From positions 1 through 64,000 of IMG/VR virus record IMGVR_UViG_3300020213_000023: a stretch of 64,000 bases of DNA. One strand, written 5' to 3'. This DNA comes from a virus. Below the pieces are notes generated by a model. That model searched no databases. It had not been told where the DNA came from and saw nothing but the letters and a program-made list of their open reading frames with translations. The translations under genes and the position numbers were made by a program. Positions 57,401 through 64,000 of this stretch are shown piece after piece (the stretch's first letter is position 1; each line of letters starts with the position of its first letter).

Positions 57401-57709
57401 TCAGCCAAGATACTGGTCGACGTCTGCCTGCGTGACCGTGTTCGACTCGACTATCCGCGTACCTACGTACCCATCGTTGGCGGCTGTGTGAAACGCACCA
57501 AGCTTTTCTACGAACCCAGGCTCTTGCACAAGTCCTTGGTTAACGACATGCCCTATGTCTTTAGGCAGTGTTACGTTGAAGTGGTGAATAGCGTGTCTCG
57601 CCTCCTCGAGGTCCATCGCAGCAAACAGCGCGACGAACCGTTTGAGTTGTGAAGGACGCGAGCTTTTGGCTTTCTTGATTTCCTCGATCAAGGTTTCGAA
57701 GGGGGTCAT
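57401..57709 (-). CDS. hypothetical protein
   Basis: ATGA overlap; GAGG SD. Confidence 0.6.
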   Translation of the reverse strand: MTPFETLIEEIKKAKSSRPSQLKRFVALFAAMDLEEARHAIHHFNVTLPKDIGHVVNQGLVQEPGFVEKLGAFHTAANDGYVGTRIVESNTVTQADVDQYLG

Positions 57710-59115
57710 GGCGCCTCATGTGCATACCGCCACATGGCGTTCTGGTTGGCGTCACAGACGATGATCTCTCCGTAACCGCGGATGTAGTCCACCGCGTGCT
57801 GCTTCGTGACGAGCCAGATCACCGGCACATCCGACGGAAACCGGTTGTCCGGATGAACCCCCGGGGCGTACCCGTCGGTGTAAACGATGACCAGATCCGG
57901 TGCCGTTTCATCGTTGCCCAAGTACTTCCCCATGTAGCGGAAGTACTCGTTGAAGTCCGTACCGCCGCGTCCGTGTACTTCCTTCGGCAGCTCCTCCCCG
58001 CTCCGGAACACTTCGTCGAAGTGCGTCGTGCAGTCGCCTTGCATGTAGCGAACCTCGAGATCCTCGTCCGTCTTGAGCATGTTGCTCAACTCGCCGCGAG
58101 CGATGGCGAGGCTCTCGCTGTCCATCGACCCCGAGGTGTCGACGTAGAAAAAGACGCGGTACATCGGGTCCCGGATGATGCCGAGCGCAGGGAGGATCGT
58201 ACCGTCCTCCTCCGACATAGCCGTCAGCATTCGATTCGGCCGTGAGATTCCTCGGTCTGGCTTCGACCGCTTGGTGGACTTGATGCGCGTGGTGAGGATC
58301 TCCCACCACGGGATGACCGGGTCTTCGAGGTACTCTTCGAGCCATTCAGCGATGTTCGCCGGTACCGTGCCTCGACCCTTCTGCTGGTCCTTGACCGCCG
58401 TCTTGAGCAGCGACTTGAGCTGTGTCCGCAGCTGGTGCGCGAGGCCTTGGGCTTCCTCGGGGAGCATCTCTCGCTTCTCGCCGTCAGGGCTCTCATCAAT
58501 CCACTTGGCGTGGGTGCCGCCGAGCTGGTGAAGCCAATCCTTTAGAATCTGATCAACTTCCTCCGGCGTCAGGAGCTTGACGCGTTTCATCAACTCCCTT
58601 TGATAGAAGTCATACGACTTGCCTGGAGGTAGATCGTACTTCTCCGGTAGCACGAGCCCCATCCGCTCCAAGCGTTCTGGTGTCATCGCAGCGCGGACCT
58701 CCGGAGGCAGATCCTCGATCTGCATCGCGCGGAACTCAGCTTCCGCCTTGTCGAAGAACTCCGTCTTGCGCAACAGGTCATTGTCCGCGCAGTCCATCGC
58801 GATGTTGTAGACAAGCTCTGCCTTGGTTCGCTCGTCCGCGTTGGTGCCGATGGCGGCCAAGACCTCGAGGAACCTTGGGATGTGATCAAGCACCACGTGC
58901 ATGATCTCGTGTTCGACGGTGAGAACGCCGAGGGCCATGCTTGCCCGTTTGACGAACACGGGGTCGTAGAACAGCTTGATGCGCCCGCCGCGGATGCCGA
59001 CGCCCATGGTTCCGCAGCCCTTTTCCTCCACGCGCTGCAGGCTGTTGGCGACCCGTCCGAAAAAGTTCTTCTGGGTCAAAAGATAAAGGAAGAATTCCGA
59101 AAGGGTGACGTTCAT
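57706..59115 (-). CDS. DUF2201-type metallopeptidase plus VWA domain protein
   Basis: HEIMH (HExxH), NIAMD, VDTSGSM MIDAS, GRGGTDF, YTDGY. Confidence 0.9.
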   Translation of the reverse strand: MNVTLSEFFLYLLTQKNFFGRVANSLQRVEEKGCGTMGVGIRGGRIKLFYDPVFVKRASMALGVLTVEHEIMHVVLDHIPRFLEVLAAIGTNADERTKAELVYNIAMDCADNDLLRKTEFFDKAEAEFRAMQIEDLPPEVRAAMTPERLERMGLVLPEKYDLPPGKSYDFYQRELMKRVKLLTPEEVDQILKDWLHQLGGTHAKWIDESPDGEKREMLPEEAQGLAHQLRTQLKSLLKTAVKDQQKGRGTVPANIAEWLEEYLEDPVIPWWEILTTRIKSTKRSKPDRGISRPNRMLTAMSEEDGTILPALGIIRDPMYRVFFYVDTSGSMDSESLAIARGELSNMLKTDEDLEVRYMQGDCTTHFDEVFRSGEELPKEVHGRGGTDFNEYFRYMGKYLGNDETAPDLVIVYTDGYAPGVHPDNRFPSDVPVIWLVTKQHAVDYIRGYGEIIVCDANQNAMWRYAHEAP

Positions 59116-59176
59116 GTCTGATTTTCCTTGTGAATTCACGCACCGCGAAAGGCGTTGCGTGGCCTATACTTAGGGC

Positions 59177-60160
59177 ATGGTCGACCAGTACCGGGACCCT
59201 ACCTTGGCTGTTCTCGTTCAACTCGTGGCGGGCAGGCCGAAGCTTGCCGCCGCCGTGGGGGATGTCGACATCCAACCTGACGAATTGGATGCATTGCCGT
59301 CTTCGGCCTTCGCATGGCCTGAAAAACGTGCGTTCCCGTTGCACACGCGCGAGCATGCGATGCTGTCGCGGGTTTACCGTGAAAATTCGCCGAGCGTTCC
59401 AGGCCATGTCGACGCCGCCCTCAAGGAGGCGTGCGACCTCTACGGAATCGACGAAGACCTGTTCGCCCGCGTCAAACAGGCGGCCCCGGTAGACGACCCC
59501 GAGAACTACCTCATCCCCGACCGCAAGCTGATCCCCGTGCGTAATGCGGCTGAGGTCAAGCTTGCCGAAGAGAAGGTTGTCTCGGGGTACACCAAACTCG
59601 CGGTGGAAACTCGCGCGCTGGTGTGCACGCGCCTCGTCGAGAAGGCAGCCTACTTCGGTGTGACGCTCAAGCCGCTTACCCACAAGCTCGCAGGCTTCAC
59701 AGTAACGTCGACAAAGATCCTGAAGGATTGGCTTGGCGCCAGGACCGAAGCTGCCCCGGAGCAGTACAAGGAAGCTTTCCAAAAGCTGGCGGAAGCCGTC
59801 GGAACACTGCCCGCCGAGATCCGCGACCGCAACACTCAGATCAAGCTGGCGGAAGTCATCGACGCGCTGGACAAGAAGGCGGGCCTGGTCCGGCACTACG
59901 ACCGCAAACTCCCTGACCCGATGCTCTCGGTCTTCAACACCGATAAGGTCGCAGGCGAGGGCGTGAACCTCGGTAACAAGTTCGTATCGATGACCCGCCT
60001 GGCGTCGTATCCCGCGTCGTTCTTTGGCGATGTCATCGGCGACGACCTCGTACGAGAAGCTTCCGACGGGCATGGTGGAATGGACCCCTACAAGCTGGCG
60101 GCCATTCTCGAGACGCTTCCGCTGGACATGAAGAACGTGCTCGCGCAGCAAATGCGCTAG
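59177..60160 (+). CDS. hypothetical protein with two DUF6582-like motifs
   Basis: LPSSAFAWPEKRAFPLHTREHA and YLIPDRKLIPVRNAAEV; TATACT-N6-ATG start. Confidence 0.7.
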   Translation: MVDQYRDPTLAVLVQLVAGRPKLAAAVGDVDIQPDELDALPSSAFAWPEKRAFPLHTREHAMLSRVYRENSPSVPGHVDAALKEACDLYGIDEDLFARVKQAAPVDDPENYLIPDRKLIPVRNAAEVKLAEEKVVSGYTKLAVETRALVCTRLVEKAAYFGVTLKPLTHKLAGFTVTSTKILKDWLGARTEAAPEQYKEAFQKLAEAVGTLPAEIRDRNTQIKLAEVIDALDKKAGLVRHYDRKLPDPMLSVFNTDKVAGEGVNLGNKFVSMTRLASYPASFFGDVIGDDLVREASDGHGGMDPYKLAAILETLPLDMKNVLAQQMR

Positions 60161-60169
60161 AGTCACTGA

Positions 60170-60883
60170 ATGACCTCCGTCGAACAGGAGCTTCACCGCT
60201 TGCGTGGACGCACCAAGCTGGCGTCGTCGTCGACGGGAGAAGCCCGTCGTTTGCTCGCGCAAAACGGTACCTCGGCGGTGGCGCTCATGTTGGCCACCCG
60301 ACACCTGTACGGGGACTTCCACGACTGGGAGCCGGAGACCTTGTGGGTCACCCTCGAGCGTGAAGGGGTCGCGGTCCCTCCGTGTAACCGTGACAAGCTC
60401 CAAGCAGGGATCTCCTTGTTGTTTGTTCCGTCGTTCTATTGGGATGGCATCGTGTTCGAGAAGACCGCGGTTTCCTTTGATTGCTTCGAAGCAAATCCTG
60501 ACGCCCTCGAAGAAGCGTCGTCCGCGCAGCTTGCCTGGGCAGTCAAGGAAGCCGAGTGGATCATCACCCAACACGACGGAGTCCCCCACGGCTTCGAGCA
60601 CGAGCCGCGCGCGTACGCATCCGTGGTGATGTTCCGAGAGGGGCTCGTTTATGCGCCTGCACAGCTTCTGTTCGCTCAGGAAGCGCTCGACCGCATCAAC
60701 GTCAACAACACGTTGAGGACCCGCGTCGAGGAGAGGTGGAAGGCGCTCGACAAGGCCAAGCTCGAGGCCTCGAAGTTCGAAGAGACCGAAGAGGACGTGC
60801 AGCTGGCGCGCCTCGCGGCGATCGAGCTGCACGTCCGGAGCAAAGAGGCCGACGCAGCTCGAGACCTAGCGCTGCTTCGCTAG
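60170..60883 (+). CDS. hypothetical protein
   Basis: 237 aa, strong GC3; stop overlaps the convergent stop. Confidence 0.7.
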   Translation: MTSVEQELHRLRGRTKLASSSTGEARRLLAQNGTSAVALMLATRHLYGDFHDWEPETLWVTLEREGVAVPPCNRDKLQAGISLLFVPSFYWDGIVFEKTAVSFDCFEANPDALEEASSAQLAWAVKEAEWIITQHDGVPHGFEHEPRAYASVVMFREGLVYAPAQLLFAQEALDRINVNNTLRTRVEERWKALDKAKLEASKFEETEEDVQLARLAAIELHVRSKEADAARDLALLR

Positions 60884-62127
60884 GCCTTAGCTTCGGCCTC
60901 GCCCTTCTTCTGGGACACCTGCATGTTGGACACCGCGGTGATGTACGCGGGAAGCTGCGCGAGCACGCGGTTGAGGTCCTGCATGTACCTCGTCCCGTCT
61001 TGCACCGTCTTCGACTGCGCGAAGATTTCCCGGATGAAGACGATATTGTTTTCCTCCGGCAGGTCGCTCATGAAGTTCGATAGTTGTGAAGCGTAGCTCT
61101 CGACCTTGCGCTTCGTGTTGACGAACATCTGCATCGCGACGTTGGAAGCCAGCGCGGTGATCTTGTCCTGCCGTGCGTCCGTCAGGAGCTTCTTGAACCG
61201 GTCCTGAACTGTCGATCCGGTGTGATAGCTGCCGAGCACTTCTTCTGGCGTGATGACGATGGTCGCGTCGACGATGAACTCCGCGAACACCTCGGCGGAG
61301 GTAGCTCCGATCGCGCCCGCAAAGGCCGCCCGTGCCTCAGACGACGTCAACGGAACCCCCGCATCATCGAATGCAGCGCACAGCTTGGACACGGTGTCCC
61401 AGCTCGCAGGGCACGCGAATGCTTTTCCGGCTCGCGCAGCGTCGAGATCGTACAAGAGCAGCGGCTGTGCCTCGAGGTGCTCGATCACCTTGACGTGGAA
61501 CTTGTCCTTAGCGAAACGCATGAAGTCTCCGTAAGACGCCGCCACACCTACAATGACCAGACGTCGCCGCATGGCGGGGTCCTTTTCGAACTCGTTCACC
61601 GACATGCCACCCCCGGTGGGGTTCATCGTGACGATGATTTGCACCTCGTCGGGGAGCGTCATGTCTCCGATGACGCGATCATCAAGCAGGGTGAAGGTAG
61701 CCCTGGACACATGCTTATCGACCGTACGATTCAGCTCCTCGATGGCAAGGATCGGGCAGCGCCCCTTGGGAATCTTCCCGTCCGGGTGACGAAGGCGCTC
61801 CGCCTCGATGTACTCGAAGAGGGGTTGAAATCGCCGAGGAATTCGACGATCGTAGTAGTGTTTGGTATCCTCAGCCTTCGTCGGAACATGAAAGTCCTCG
61901 ATCGACATCGTCGGCATGTGCAGCGCCACGTAGGGGACGTTGCGGTCGGCGGCAGCTTGCTTCGGGATGGCGGTCTTGCCGATGCCGGATGCGCCCATGG
62001 CGGCCAGGACGAGACGGCTTCCTGCCATCGACTCGATCAATTTGCGGAAAGTGCTGGTCGACACCATATGGATGTCAAGCTTCTCGGTGAAGGACTCACC
62101 CGCGGTCTCGGTCTTTACGGTGGACAT
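60880..62127 (-). CDS. MoxR-like AAA+ ATPase
   Basis: GASGIGKT Walker A, LAIEELNR Walker B variant, TMNP, DPAMRRR, PASW. Confidence 0.85.
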   Translation of the reverse strand: MSTVKTETAGESFTEKLDIHMVSTSTFRKLIESMAGSRLVLAAMGASGIGKTAIPKQAAADRNVPYVALHMPTMSIEDFHVPTKAEDTKHYYDRRIPRRFQPLFEYIEAERLRHPDGKIPKGRCPILAIEELNRTVDKHVSRATFTLLDDRVIGDMTLPDEVQIIVTMNPTGGGMSVNEFEKDPAMRRRLVIVGVAASYGDFMRFAKDKFHVKVIEHLEAQPLLLYDLDAARAGKAFACPASWDTVSKLCAAFDDAGVPLTSSEARAAFAGAIGATSAEVFAEFIVDATIVITPEEVLGSYHTGSTVQDRFKKLLTDARQDKITALASNVAMQMFVNTKRKVESYASQLSNFMSDLPEENNIVFIREIFAQSKTVQDGTRYMQDLNRVLAQLPAYITAVSNMQVSQKKGEAEAKA

Positions 62128-62138
62128 CAAACGCTCCT

Positions 62139-63797
62139 GTGGTGGTTCTAGTGGCTCAGCACGAGGCTGAAGAATTGGTAGCCCTGCGTTCCGACTTGGC
62201 GCAGGCGCTTTTTCACGTAGAGGGAAAGCAGCTTTCCCTGTCGAACTACCCGATGTATCTCGCGATCTATGACGGCCAGTTTCCCAAGATCCTGTTGAAG
62301 ACGGGGCGGCAGGTCGCCAAATCTACAACGATCGCGTGCTTCATGATCGCCGAAACGATCGGCGCTCCCCACTTCAAAACATACTACATTTCTCCTTCGC
62401 AAGAGCAAACGCGCAAGTTTTCACATACGCGTATTTCGAAGATTCTGGCATACAGCCCCGAGCTGCGTCGATACTTCGTCGGCCCCGAATCGATCGACAA
62501 CGTTCTTTTGCGGATGCTGCGTAACGGGTCGGAAATGGCGTTTACGTACGCTCTCGATGACCCCGACCGTGCACGCGGTTACTCCGCCGACCGCTGCGCT
62601 TTCGACGAGGTCCAGGACATTCTCTTCGAGCCGGTCATCCCGGTCATCGAGGAGTGCATGAGTAACTCGAGCCACGCGTACTCGATGTACTGTGGCACGC
62701 CCAAGACAATGGAGAACACCATTGAATTCTTGTGGTCGCTGTCGTCACAAACCGAGTGGTGCATCAAATGCGATGCGTGCGGGACGTCAACGTTCATCGA
62801 CAGCATCAAGGCGCTGGGCAAGTTCGGACCTATTTGCATCAAGCCGGGCTGCGGACGCCCTCTCAACCCGAGGCGCGGACGCTGGGTCGACATGAAGCCT
62901 TACGGACGCGGGGATGGAAACGCACGCATCAAGGGTTTTCACATTTCGCAACCTATGATGCCGGAAAACGTCCCTGCTGCGTGGAATCCTTCCGACCCTG
63001 AGTACGCCAAAGCGCTTGAACGCTGGGAACGCATCCTGTTCAAGATGGAGAACTGGGGCGAGGTCAAATTTATGAATGAATCTCTCGGCGTTTCGACATC
63101 AACCGGTACTCGGCTCCTTACCAAGGAAATTCTCGAGTCGCTGTGTGACCCCAACTTGGTTATCACACGCTTGCCCGAGAAAAACTCGCTCCAGGGCGTC
63201 ACGCGAACCGTCGCGGGAGTCGACTGGTCTGGCGGTGGTTCCGAGGTGAAAGGAACCGAAGGGCTCGTCAAGTCCCGCACGGTGCTCCACATCTGGGGTG
63301 ACACCGGTGACGGACGCCTCAAGACCCTCTTCTACAAGATCTTCCCGAACGGCCATGCCACCGGATGGATCGACGAGATCGTCGAATTGTGCAACGCCTG
63401 GCAGGTCCAGATGGTCGCCGGTGACGCAGGGGAAGGAGCCCTCGCCAACTCGATGCTTCGTGAAAAGCTCGGTGCGCACCGCGTCATCCAAGTCCGGTAC
63501 ATGGCTCTCTCCAAGCCGGTTGAATGGAACCCCAACGCGCAGACGTATCACACAGACCGCACGACGCTGATCGACAACTTCGCTACGTTCTTGACCCATC
63601 GTCGTGCGATCTACGCGATGCTTCCTCAGATGCAGCCGGCCATCACCGACATCCTCAACGTCTACGAGGAGGTCACCATGCAAGGTCGTAAGGTGTGGCG
63701 ACACGCAGCAACGCAGCCTGACGACAACCTGCATGCGCAACTTTTTGGATGGTTCGCCTGGAAGCTGCTGAGTAGCGACCTGAAGTTCTACACCTAG
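62139..63797 (+). CDS. terminase large subunit
   Basis: LLKTGRQVAKST, ARGYSADRCAFDEVQD, GTPKT, CDAC Zn pair, GFHISQ, AGVDW nuclease strand, PDDNLHA. Confidence 0.88.
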   Translation: MVVLVAQHEAEELVALRSDLAQALFHVEGKQLSLSNYPMYLAIYDGQFPKILLKTGRQVAKSTTIACFMIAETIGAPHFKTYYISPSQEQTRKFSHTRISKILAYSPELRRYFVGPESIDNVLLRMLRNGSEMAFTYALDDPDRARGYSADRCAFDEVQDILFEPVIPVIEECMSNSSHAYSMYCGTPKTMENTIEFLWSLSSQTEWCIKCDACGTSTFIDSIKALGKFGPICIKPGCGRPLNPRRGRWVDMKPYGRGDGNARIKGFHISQPMMPENVPAAWNPSDPEYAKALERWERILFKMENWGEVKFMNESLGVSTSTGTRLLTKEILESLCDPNLVITRLPEKNSLQGVTRTVAGVDWSGGGSEVKGTEGLVKSRTVLHIWGDTGDGRLKTLFYKIFPNGHATGWIDEIVELCNAWQVQMVAGDAGEGALANSMLREKLGAHRVIQVRYMALSKPVEWNPNAQTYHTDRTTLIDNFATFLTHRRAIYAMLPQMQPAITDILNVYEEVTMQGRKVWRHAATQPDDNLHAQLFGWFAWKLLSSDLKFYT

Positions 63798-64000
63798 CTG
63801 CGCGCAGGGCGGCCGTTGCCACCGCCGCTCATGCCAGCCGCGGTCGACATCGCTTCGTTGTACGCCTCCTTGGCCTTGGCGTTGTCGACGGTCGACTTGG
63901 CCAGCTCGGTCTGCGCGGTGAGCGCGTTGACCAGCTGCGTCTTGGTCGATGCCAGCTCGCTCTTGAGCGACTCGATGGTCTGCCCGTGGTGCGCGATGTC
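63794..64000 (-). CDS. 3' end of a coiled-coil protein running off the window
   Basis: open frame ...IESLKSELASTKTQLVNALTAQ...PARS*; GC3-rich codons. Confidence 0.65.
   Translation of the reverse strand, partial: DIAHHGQTIESLKSELASTKTQLVNALTAQTELAKSTVDNAKAKEAYNEAMSTAAGMSGGGNGRPARS

Noticed and set aside
58886-60832. 648-aa minus-strand ORF
   Set aside because: Shadow of the two plus-strand genes, which have better codon bias, start signals and motifs.
50998-63797. Inteins or introns in the RNR or terminase genes
   Set aside because: The ORFs are continuous and of normal length, with no intein termini or homing endonuclease motifs.
1-64000. Alternative genetic code (TAG or TGA reassigned)
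   Set aside because: Conserved genes (RNR, terminase, DinG, RNase HII) are intact in code 11 and end at TAG or TGA where expected; no suppressor tRNA was seen.

Overview
A 64-kb segment of a large, GC-rich tailed dsDNA bacteriophage, probably with a contractile tail, read in the standard genetic code. The left ~30 kb is a dense minus-strand array of small accessory genes, many Cys-rich. It also holds two tRNAs (Glu-TTC, Lys-TTT), a GNAT, an RlpA-like protein, MazG, a GP88-like protein, a GHKL ATPase, a dNMP kinase, RNase HII, an XRE regulator, a DinG helicase and a lone plus-strand divergent ThyX. From 30.1 to 50.4 kb is a plus-strand tail/baseplate operon: frameshifted tail chaperones, tape measure, hub with an inserted lytic-transglycosylase domain, an embedded sigma factor, an M23 peptidase, gp25-like and baseplate-J-like wedges and a beta-helix spike. 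The right end has a class II ribonucleotide reductase, a RuvC-like resolvase, a DUF932-like gene, a MoxR-AAA/VWA-metallopeptidase pair split by an opposite-strand cassette, and a terminase large subunit. The most notable observations: (i) an unnamed domain present both alone and fused to the M23 peptidase; (ii) a ThyX with altered signature motifs near an MtrA-like gene and a Zn-ribbon dNMP kinase, a possible nucleotide-modification module; (iii) a dispersed five-member TCxxC mini-protein family and a recurrent W[TS]FxGP motif; (iv) a palindromic Shine-Dalgarno shared by two divergent genes; (v) TANNNT-N6-ATG leaderless-type promoters; (vi) a candidate sRNA. All family assignments come from reading motifs by eye; no database search was run.
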